IMG/VR virus record: IMGVR_UViG_3300037418_003024
Location: 30,732 to 94,731 of that record
Direction: 5' to 3' (one strand)
Length of the DNA: 64,000 bases
Source: a virus
In this document: in pieces, positions 48,949 through 58,300 of the stretch
How the letters are laid out: each line of letters starts with the position of its first letter
Numbering within the stretch: the first letter of the stretch is position 1
Notes under the pieces: generated by a model
Told to the model about the DNA's origin: nothing
The model's input: the letters and a program-made list of their open reading frames with translations, nothing else
Databases searched by the model: none
Translations under genes and position numbers: made by a program

Positions 48949-49365
48949 ATGGCTTACGGTGGAGCGAACATGCTGGTGTCGCAGGCGTCGAGCAATCGAG
49001 CGCCGATGTACTCGGACGCGGTCGTCGACGGGCAGGGGTTCCTGAACGCGACTACCAGTAAGACGATTACGGTCAAAGACACGGCCGGTAATCAGGCGTT
49101 CGCCGCGTCGGTGCTCATCGTCAATTCGAGCGGGCAGGCCGCCACCGTGCAGATTAACGCCGTGCGCGGTGTCGCCGGTAAGAATGGGAACGAAGTCCAC
49201 CAGCCCGTGCCGGACGAGCCCGTCAATCCGATCTACATCGCGTCTGGCGAGTCGTTCGGGCCGATTCCGGTTCGGATGTACTCTATCGTCGAAACCAACG
49301 TCGGAGCTGCCATTCAAACTGGGCGCGGCGTACGCTATCTCTTTATCCTGGAGGCTGGGAAGTGA
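48949..49365 (+). CDS. Hypothetical virion-type protein
   Basis: Beta-rich ORF with GAGG RBS. Confidence 0.5.
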   Translation: MAYGGANMLVSQASSNRAPMYSDAVVDGQGFLNATTSKTITVKDTAGNQAFAASVLIVNSSGQAATVQINAVRGVAGKNGNEVHQPVPDEPVNPIYIASGESFGPIPVRMYSIVETNVGAAIQTGRGVRYLFILEAGK

Positions 49366-51194
49366 AACTGAGACTTGCTGTACTATGCGCGATTGCGCTC
49401 GCGCTTATTTCGCCTTGCTGGGCACAGTCCTATACACCTCCTACGAGTATATCGGCGATTCCAGGCCTCCAATCTACACTCGATCGGAACGCGTATTCCG
49501 CAGGCGGGGTGCAGGTGGCTGGCTCGACGGCCTGTTTCAATATCGCGTCGTCGTCGACAAGCGGCACGGAGACGGGCCTCTCGTCACGCGCGGCGTACTG
49601 GGCTCCTGCCGCCATCAACACCCTGTCACTCGTAGAGTTGGGCTATCAGGTAGATCCAACGTCGATCGAGGATATCCTTATCCCCAACTATGTGACGGTC
49701 CGGCGTGCCATCGAGTACCCATCTGGGACGTATTGGCCGATTTACTACCAGAGTGGCCGTGACCTGACTCTTAATCCAGGGCAGCGGTCGGTGTCCTGCC
49801 CGCTAGAGGTTTCGATACCTGGACAGGCGTCATATTCAGTCAACGACAACTCGGCAACGTCGCAGGTCTTTGTGACCACGTGCCCGACAACGGGGTTGCT
49901 CGTTCCAGCTAACGGCGACAGGGTGATTTGGACAAGTGGGACGTGGTCGGGTTGGGTGTCGTACGTTTTTTCGTACAACACGGGTACGAAACAGATCACG
50001 CTTCTGACCAGCTCAATTCCGCCCGCTGCGCCGGCGAACGGCTCGACATTTACATTGCAGAAATGTTTCTGGATTCGGTCGTGGGTTCGCACTCCCAACA
50101 CCGGCGGCAACAACAATGGCGGAACCGAAAAGATCCTATATAACCGGCGAATGAACGGTATCAGCGAGGGTTCTACAATCGGAACCTCTACGACGGACCA
50201 GACGACGTCTGGGACGATCAGCAGCTCGCAGGGTTATGTGTTTGAGCCCTACGTAATCGCCGGTCGAGCGGTCAACCATGACATCCCTGGAGTAGCGCTG
50301 TGGGGCGACTCGATCTTCGCCGACAACGGCCTGGTTATTGGTGATACCGAGGCTCCCTCTCGGGCGCTCCGAACAGTGGCAGGTATCGTCAACACATCGA
50401 GGTCTGGATACCTCGCCCACACGTTCGCGGCAACTGTTCAGAATGTTGAATGGTCGCTCCAGGCTGCGGAGAGCTGCCAATTTGCGATTTGCGATTTAGG
50501 CCGCAACGACCTGACCAACATCCAAAATAGCGTTGCCGGGTACAGCTATGCCCAATTGCAAGCCGACCTGATTACCGTCTGGAAGCGCGGTTCTGATCGC
50601 GGCCTCAAAGTCTATCAAACGACGATCCTGCCGAAATCGACTTCGACGGATGGGTATCTGACAACGGCCAACCAGACGACGGACGCCACTAACACTAATC
50701 GCGTTTCGCTTAACACGTGGCTGCGCGCCGCGGCGCCGTGCCTACTACAGTCGGACGGTTCGTACCTGGCGTGTGCCATCGGCACGACGGGTGCGGTCCC
50801 GTGCCCATATTTGTACGGCGTCATCGACTGGTGTCCGTATGTTGAAACGTCCACTGGCTCAGGAATTTGGAAGGCGAGTTTGGCGACTACGGCGACCTCG
50901 ACGGTAACAAGTTCCTCAACCGGCTCGACGATCACGGATACGGGATCGTCTTATGTGTCTAACGTTCTCACCAACCAGATCTTTGTCGTTACGAGCGGGG
51001 TGTCGGCGGGGCAGGTTGCTACCATTACAGGGAACACAGCGACGACGATCTCTTTGGGGACGTCACTGACCGTCAACGCAGGCGACAGCTACAGGGTTAC
51101 TGAGACGCTGACGAAAGACGGGGTGCACCCAACGTACTGGAGCAACGGACTGTTACTGCCAGCGTTCCCGGCAAGCTTGTTCCCGCTTCCCTAA
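49362..51194 (+). CDS. SGNH/GDSL hydrolase-domain protein with signal peptide, S/T-rich
   Basis: MKLRLAVLCAIALALISPCWA-Q; WGDSI, LGRND, TILP, DGVHP. Confidence 0.8.
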   Translation: MKLRLAVLCAIALALISPCWAQSYTPPTSISAIPGLQSTLDRNAYSAGGVQVAGSTACFNIASSSTSGTETGLSSRAAYWAPAAINTLSLVELGYQVDPTSIEDILIPNYVTVRRAIEYPSGTYWPIYYQSGRDLTLNPGQRSVSCPLEVSIPGQASYSVNDNSATSQVFVTTCPTTGLLVPANGDRVIWTSGTWSGWVSYVFSYNTGTKQITLLTSSIPPAAPANGSTFTLQKCFWIRSWVRTPNTGGNNNGGTEKILYNRRMNGISEGSTIGTSTTDQTTSGTISSSQGYVFEPYVIAGRAVNHDIPGVALWGDSIFADNGLVIGDTEAPSRALRTVAGIVNTSRSGYLAHTFAATVQNVEWSLQAAESCQFAICDLGRNDLTNIQNSVAGYSYAQLQADLITVWKRGSDRGLKVYQTTILPKSTSTDGYLTTANQTTDATNTNRVSLNTWLRAAAPCLLQSDGSYLACAIGTTGAVPCPYLYGVIDWCPYVETSTGSGIWKASLATTATSTVTSSSTGSTITDTGSSYVSNVLTNQIFVVTSGVSAGQVATITGNTATTISLGTSLTVNAGDSYRVTETLTKDGVHPTYWSNGLLLPAFPASLFPLP

Positions 51195-51704
51195 TGGATA
51201 AAATCCTCAAATCCGCCGTTATCGGTGAGCACACGATGTTTCTGCGGACGGAGCCCGGGAAGAAGCCGGGTCTTCCGTCCGCCTTCGTTATGGAGTGCGT
51301 GGACTGCGGGCACATTCCGGAGAACGGCGACCGGCGCATTCCGAAGCGGCTGCACGAGTGGACCGATTGCAACCAGCCGGAGGCCGAGGCCCGCTTCCAG
51401 CGCGAGGCGATTAACCACACCTCGCACGCATCGCTCTGGGGGCAGATCCAGGGATTGGTCGGAATGTAGGTTCCGGTTTCGTCCATTCGATGCGAGTGGC
51501 TGTTTGGAGGGCTACATGGAAGAAAAAGCACTTTACGTTACTGAACGGCCGCCGAATGCGGAAGAGCAAATCGATACATGGGTCCGTGGGATCCGTCCGA
51601 TAGTAACGAAGCAAATGATTTACTGGATCAAAGAACAGTTCCCGTGGCTGGACGACGCTGAGGCGGCGCGGGCGGTTCTTAGCCTAATGCATGGAGCAAG
51701 GTAG
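51194..51704 (+). CDS. Two small hypothetical ORFs (51194-51469, 51516-51704)
   Basis: TAATG coupling / GGAGG RBS. Confidence 0.5.
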
Positions 51705-51733
51705 ATCTGCTGGCCTGGGGGCAGGACGGCAAC

Positions 51734-54700
51734 ATGTTAATCATAATCAAGGGACTGACGTACACTCACGGGATGCGACAATCGCCAGAGTCGTATCTCA
51801 AGTGGGCGCACGTCCCGTCAGGGCTCTCGAATGATCAGATCATCGAGCACGTCAAGCGCAAGCGAACTGAGCGTTTCGACGAACAGAAGGAAGAACCGGA
51901 AGTCGATCACGAATTCGGGACCGCTCCGGCGGCGTCCGAAGAGGACGACCGGAAGAACCTGCGTCGATTCGGTGGCGGGGCCGGCGCCGTCATCTCGGGA
52001 TTGGTCGCAAAGCGCGGCGGAGACCCGCGGGGCGGAAGGCCCGCAAAGGCTGCGACGCCAGCTCGCCCGAAGTATGGCATCACGCCGTCCGGACAGATGA
52101 CGATGTTCAAAGCCGTGATCATCACCGGACTGTCGAAGGCTCTAATGTCGGAGGAGTGGCTGCGCACGCAAGCCGCCGCCCGCCGCACCAATCGCATGCC
52201 AACCGAAGCCCAGACCAAGGCCGGAAACTACCGCAAGGGCAAGGTCCGTCTGCACGGCCTGACGATCTCGATCGAGACACCAGCGGGCGCATGCCGCCGC
52301 GGCAAGGATCGGAACGGCAAAGACTGGTCGGTCCAACTCAAGTACCCCTACGGTTATATCAACCGCACCGAAGGTGCCGACGGCGATCACGTCGACGTCA
52401 TCATCGGCCCACACCCTGAAGCGGAACTCGCCTACGTCGTCGATCAGACGAATGAGAATCGCACCTTCGACGAGCATAAAGTCGTCCTCGGCGCTCTCAC
52501 GAAGGCAGAAGCCCGTGACATCTACCTGAGCAATTACTCCCCGGGTTGGGACCGCATTGGCGCGATCACGCCGGTGTCGTTGCCGAGGTTCAGGTTCTGG
52601 TTGCGGGAAGGTGATCAGAATCAACCGTTTGCATTGACGATGCATGAGGGTTTGTGCAAGGCGGTCGACGCCAAACCGACATTGTCGAAGGAGAGTGTCC
52701 ATTACCGCAAGTCGGACAATATCGGTAAGCACTGCTGCGGTAACTGCTCCATGTTCCGACTACATCCGCCCGATTTCGAGACCGGTTGCTGCACGCTCGT
52801 GAAAGGCGTCATCAACGATCACTACATCTGCGATGAGTGGGAGTCGGCGAAACTATCGAAGGCTGTCGACGTTGGCTGGCATGGAGTAGACCTCGATGGA
52901 ACCTTAGCTCATTACGACGGATGGAAGGACGGAGAGATCGGCGCGCCTGTCCCTAAGATGGTTGCTCGTATCAAGCGTTGGCTTCGAGATGGAGAGGGCG
53001 TTAAGATCTTCACAGCTCGTGTGTCCGATGATCCAGGCGGGAACCAGCGTCGAAAGATTCAGGCGTGGTCAAAAAATCACCTTGGCGTTGAACTTCCTGT
53101 GACACACGAAAAAGATCACACCATGATTGACCTATGGGATGATCGTGCGAGGCGGGTGCGCAAGAATTCCGGCGAGCTCGTCAAGCCAATTATTGTCGTC
53201 GGACTAGGCAAGTCGGCCAAGTTCGACGAAGGCGAAGTTTGTCCGCATTGCGGTGCCGTCCACGAAGAGGACGGATACAGCGGGAAGTGCAATTCGTGCG
53301 GGAAAGAGCGCGGCGGTAAGAAGGTGCCGGAAAAGTGGCTGAGGAAGAGCCTGAGCGAGCCCACACCCACTCCACCAGTATTCGACGGTGGTACACGGGG
53401 CAACCGGGCTCACTCAGTGCCGGCTCCGAAAGTACAGGGAATGACTGTCGAATCAGCACCCCACGTACCGGCTACGCCGAGTAAAGAGATTATACCTCGC
53501 CCGATCATCATCGTCGGCCTTTCGAAGGCCGTCAAACAGATGCGCGTGCCTGCTGGCGAGGAGTACACGAATCCAAAGACAGGCAAGACGATCAAAGGGG
53601 GGCAGTTCGCGCCACAGTCGTTCTTGTCGCTCAAATCCCCAGTGGTCCACATTCAGGGCGATGAGGTCTCGGCATCGACTGACATCAATACGATGCGGGT
53701 AGCGATGCACAACTACATGCGATCGAGCCTCCAGGGTAAGTCCTACGTGAACAGGGAGACCGGGCATTCGATCACAATTGCACGCTCCGGTATCAACCAT
53801 ATGACGACGTTCGGCCCGCTGAACCTGACTGTATTACAGTCATTGTATGCGCTTCCGAAATTGCTTGAGAATGCTGAGTACAGGGGAGAAATGCCGGACA
53901 AACGCGGTCGACATAACGTACGCATCCATTCGTTCAGCGCTGCCGTGCGCGTGGGTACACCCGGCACTCTTCACCATGTCCAGATGATTGTTCGGCAGGA
54001 TCCAAACGGGCACTGGTATTACCACCATATCCTTATCGGGATGGATGGTAATCGGCTGAAAAAAGCGGTAGGGGTTGAAAATGAGAACGGGAACCACAGG
54101 GCAGGGCGGTCGGCTAGGCCGATAACGCACGAGCTTAACGGGGGTTCCCGCAATTCTATTCTACCACTGCCCATCGTCATTGTCAACCTGCACAAGGGCG
54201 TCGATGTCGCTGATCGCCACACAAAGGCCATGGAACTTGGTGGCGGCAACCATGTCCTGTCGACCCTGCAGCGCCGGCACGGTGAGCACGACGGCGGCCC
54301 GACCGCTGGCCGGTCGTTCTGGCTCTATCCGAGCGGCAAGATGTCGAAGCCGATACACGGCGGCAACCACGAGGAGGCGGCCCGCGGTATCCTGCAGGCG
54401 CATGGTATCCCGCATGGTGATCATCCGACGGAAACGCTGATGAAGCACTCCGGAGCCATGCTGCTGGTGTCGCACAAGGGCGGCGAGGGTGCCCATGTCC
54501 ACGGACATCCGCCGATCACCCGGCCGCAAGCGGAGGCGGCTACGTCGTTCGCGGAGCGACATATCACGGACGGCGCGCCGGTGCGGTATACGCTGCACCA
54601 CAACGGGCAGCAGAAGGAGTGCCGGAGCGTCCAGCACATGACCGCGGAGTCGCTGCGGCAGATGCCGGCGGATCGCAAGCATCAGCCGGACCTATCACCA

Positions 54701-55282
54701 ATGTTGAAGGCTGTCGACAAGCACGACTCGTCGACAAGTGCGATGAGCTTCGACGAACCTGAAAAACCGATTCACGAAAAGATCCGGGATGCGTTCGGTC
54801 GCGCGGCAGGCAATCCGTACAAAATCAACCATTGGTATCACATGCCGATCGAGCACGAAGGTCGCACTCATCACTTTCTCGGTATGAAGAGCCGTGATGT
54901 TGCGCGACGGGGAAACGATGTCATCCGAATTCATCAACTTGCCGTCAAAAACGGAAGTCCTTATATTCGCAGGTTCCGACTGAAGACGAATAACGATCTC
55001 GTGCAAGATCGTGGTCTCGGAGGCGATAAGCACGATTACGGACATCTGGCCGATGTTGAGCGAATTCCGCATGAGCAATTCGAAGCCATTAGAAAGCATC
55101 ATGAAGAAACAATGATGGCGAAACTCTCTAAGGCGGCGACGACCTACGCGCCGATCGCCGACGGCTCGTACGTGCCTGGCTCGCACGACGCCGACCCGAC
55201 GGCGGACGTCGACCGGTTGGGCCTCGATCCTGGATTGGACGCGAATGGGTTGTTCGGGGACGAACTGCAGCCGTCCATCTGA
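51734..55282 (+). CDS. Large polyvalent protein 1: inorganic pyrophosphatase-like, HiPIP-like, HAD phosphatase, Zn ribbon, LPD3-like and His-rich modules
   Basis: GNYRKGK..YGYI.RTEGADGDHVDV..FDEHKV; CGNC..F..CTLVKG.I..C..W; VDLDGTL..FTAR..WDDRA; NRETG..I.I.RSGI.H..LPKLLENA. Confidence 0.82.
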   Translation: MLIIIKGLTYTHGMRQSPESYLKWAHVPSGLSNDQIIEHVKRKRTERFDEQKEEPEVDHEFGTAPAASEEDDRKNLRRFGGGAGAVISGLVAKRGGDPRGGRPAKAATPARPKYGITPSGQMTMFKAVIITGLSKALMSEEWLRTQAAARRTNRMPTEAQTKAGNYRKGKVRLHGLTISIETPAGACRRGKDRNGKDWSVQLKYPYGYINRTEGADGDHVDVIIGPHPEAELAYVVDQTNENRTFDEHKVVLGALTKAEARDIYLSNYSPGWDRIGAITPVSLPRFRFWLREGDQNQPFALTMHEGLCKAVDAKPTLSKESVHYRKSDNIGKHCCGNCSMFRLHPPDFETGCCTLVKGVINDHYICDEWESAKLSKAVDVGWHGVDLDGTLAHYDGWKDGEIGAPVPKMVARIKRWLRDGEGVKIFTARVSDDPGGNQRRKIQAWSKNHLGVELPVTHEKDHTMIDLWDDRARRVRKNSGELVKPIIVVGLGKSAKFDEGEVCPHCGAVHEEDGYSGKCNSCGKERGGKKVPEKWLRKSLSEPTPTPPVFDGGTRGNRAHSVPAPKVQGMTVESAPHVPATPSKEIIPRPIIIVGLSKAVKQMRVPAGEEYTNPKTGKTIKGGQFAPQSFLSLKSPVVHIQGDEVSASTDINTMRVAMHNYMRSSLQGKSYVNRETGHSITIARSGINHMTTFGPLNLTVLQSLYALPKLLENAEYRGEMPDKRGRHNVRIHSFSAAVRVGTPGTLHHVQMIVRQDPNGHWYYHHILIGMDGNRLKKAVGVENENGNHRAGRSARPITHELNGGSRNSILPLPIVIVNLHKGVDVADRHTKAMELGGGNHVLSTLQRRHGEHDGGPTAGRSFWLYPSGKMSKPIHGGNHEEAARGILQAHGIPHGDHPTETLMKHSGAMLLVSHKGGEGAHVHGHPPITRPQAEAATSFAERHITDGAPVRYTLHHNGQQKECRSVQHMTAESLRQMPADRKHQPDLSPMLKAVDKHDSSTSAMSFDEPEKPIHEKIRDAFGRAAGNPYKINHWYHMPIEHEGRTHHFLGMKSRDVARRGNDVIRIHQLAVKNGSPYIRRFRLKTNNDLVQDRGLGGDKHDYGHLADVERIPHEQFEAIRKHHEETMMAKLSKAATTYAPIADGSYVPGSHDADPTADVDRLGLDPGLDANGLFGDELQPSI

Positions 55283-55335
55283 TACCGCTATCCCTCTCTC
55301 TGGCTACTTCCACACGGGGGTAGGGGAGAGGGGAT

Positions 55336-58300
55336 ATGCTCATTCACGTCACCGGACTGCAAAAGGCCGTCGATCGCCGCGACAAGGGCGCCACGCTGGA
55401 CATGTTCGGCGAAGCGCCCCCTCAGTCGCCTCCGCCGGCCCCGAAGCAGAAACCCGCTGCCGTATCCGTTGCCGACCGCACAAAAAGCAAGGTCGACGCC
55501 GCGTTGGCGTCTGGCCATACCCCACTATCCCATGACACCCCAATTGGCTCGCACGTCACCGATCACGCGACCGGCGACAAGTTCGAGCTGATCAACCATA
55601 CCGACAATCGCGGGCCTCAGCTTCGCGAGATTGGCGGGAAGCGCCTTGTGTTCCCGATGGAGCATGGTGGCGGCCACGACTATACCGCGCACCCTCACGC
55701 CGCCGCCGGGCAGACCCAGGTCAACCCGAAGACGGGCAAGACGATCAAAGGCGGCCAGTTCGCGCCGAAGAGCGGAACTCCCCAGGGAAGTGAAACAACC
55801 CCCCAGGCAAAGCCGGAAACCCCCCAGGTTAGCGGCCCGCTGACATTCGATCAGCACAACGACTTCATCAAGCGACTCTTTGCTGGCGAAGCGTCGTCCG
55901 ATGAGCTCCAGCAGCATGCTGACGCCTATATCACCGATGAAGGCGCAATTAAGGCCGATCTCGGCAAGCACAAGGTTGACGATCTTCTGAAGATGATTGG
56001 CGGCTACGTCCACGATAAGAAGAAGTCCTCCCTGGTCGACCATGCCTACCATGATGGTCTGCAGCGGCTCGCTCTTGGGCGAACGATCTCGTACCAGTTA
56101 TTCGGGAAGGACACCTTCACGAGTGCCGCGCGCAAGGTCATCGCCGGCGTCACCGACGCCGATATCAAGAAGTTTGCTGAGGATCGAGCGGAGCGGATCG
56201 CCGCGCGGAAGCGTGCGCTGACCGACCCGCAGACGTACGACGAATTCCAGACGTTCATCCATTATCGCGGCGAATCGAAGCTGACGCCGGAACAGCGCGT
56301 GCGATGGGACGATCTGCAGGCGGAGCACAATCGGGGGCTCGGGGGCTTACCGTCAAAGCCAAAGGCGACCGGCAACGCGTCGTCTGCGGCGGTGGCTGGT
56401 GCCGGGATCACGGTCAAGGAATCTGTCCACACGAAGCACGGCTACCCGATCTGGATTGCCCAACTGCCGGCGCGCGTCGACCGAGACAAGTACAACGAAC
56501 TGAACGCCAAAGCAAAGGAACTGGGCGGCTACTACTCGTCCTATGGTTCGAAGGACAATCACGGTTTCACCTTCAAGTCGAAAGAGGCCGCCGACAAGTT
56601 TGCCGGGCAGGAAATCGCGGGCGCCGACAAGCCGGAAGCGGAACCGGCGGCGGAATCGGCCCCGGCTCCTGTGGAAGCGAAGCGAAACCCGACCGCGGAT
56701 AAACTACGCACCGTTGCCGATCGCATGCGCGAGAGGGCGGAAGAGAACCTGGGGCGTGAACGGGCGACCAACACGGCGAAACGGGCGCGTGAGGCCGGCT
56801 ATGCCGAAGAAGCGGCGCGCCGTGAGCTCGCCATGGCGAACACGCTGCAGAACGTCGCCGACGCGATCGAAACCGGCGAAGTGAAGCACCTGAACGGACT
56901 GACGTCGAAAGCTCAGGTCGAAGCCCTGAATACCGCGCTCAGCCGCGCGCACTGGGCTCACGTCAAGGCACGGCAGAAAGCCGGAGAGTTGGCCTATAAC
57001 GTCGATGCTGGCGATATTCCTACTACCGCGTCGGACGTCGATCACACTGACTATCCCTATCCGTATATCCACGGCTCTTATATCCGTGATGCCGCGGCCG
57101 AACTCGCTCAGAAGTCGGGTAAGAAGCGGCTGGCGGCGCGACTACAGGCGATGCCGATCGGTGATGGGTATGTGAAGAACTCTGAGCACATCCGCACACT
57201 GCAGGAGGCCGCCGAAGCGTTGAAGGGCGGCCGTGCGCACAGCCCTGGCGCGTACCTTAAAGATCGCATGGCCGATTATGACCGGCTGCATCGGATGGGT
57301 ATTAAAGATCTTCCGTCGCTCCGCGCGGCCTTGCGTGAGTTCCTGCCGCTACGTTCGGATCGGTCGAAGCCGGACCCGATCAAGGAGAAGGAGCGCGCGC
57401 TGATTGGCCGGAGGATTCCCGGCTACTTCCCGACTCCGCGCGAGCTCGCGCGCGACATCGTTCGCGACGCCGACATTCGACCCGGGATGCAAGTTCTCGA
57501 GCCGAACGGCGGCAAGGGCAATATCGCCGACGTCGTTCGGGACGAACACCCCGATGCGGATCTATCGACCGTCGAGCCGGTCCAGGACCTGCGCGACATT
57601 CTGACCGCCAAAGGCCATAAGCTGGTCGGACACGATTTCCTCGACCACGGCGAGCAATACGATCGCATCGTCATGAACCCGCCGTTTGAGAACCGGCAGG
57701 ATGTCGAACATGTAAGGCACGCTTACAACTTGCTCAAGCCGGGTGGCCGAATGGTCGCCGTCATGAGCGAAGGTCCGTTTGGTGGTTCCAGCAAGAAGGA
57801 TGAGGAATTCCGCGACTGGCTGATGTCCCACGGCGGCCGAAGCGAGAAACTACCGGACGGATCGTTTACGGGCGCCCAGGCGGAGCGTCAGACCGGCGTG
57901 AGTACTCGCAAGGTCATTATCGACAAGCCGAGGGAGGCTACCATGCCCATGTCGAAGGCCATTGTCGTTGCGGGGTTGTCGAAGGCGACGGACAAGCCCG
58001 GCGACAAGAGGCCGAAGTACCATGGTATCGCCCAAGCCATCGTGATCCTCGGCATCCGCAAGGCCGTTGACGCGCGCGATGCGTCGACCGGCGATCTCTT
58101 CTCGGGTAAGGACAATCCGACGGACCATACACGCTGTCGTATCTGCGGACGCAAGCTGCGCGACGATGTGAGCCGGCGCCGTGGCGTCGGCCCGGAGTGC
58201 TGGGAGAAGATCGGCCATCATGCCGCGGCCATTAAGAAGATGCCGCATCCGTCTAAAGTGCCGGGGGTAGGCAACCTGTCGATAGACTTCGACAAGGAAC

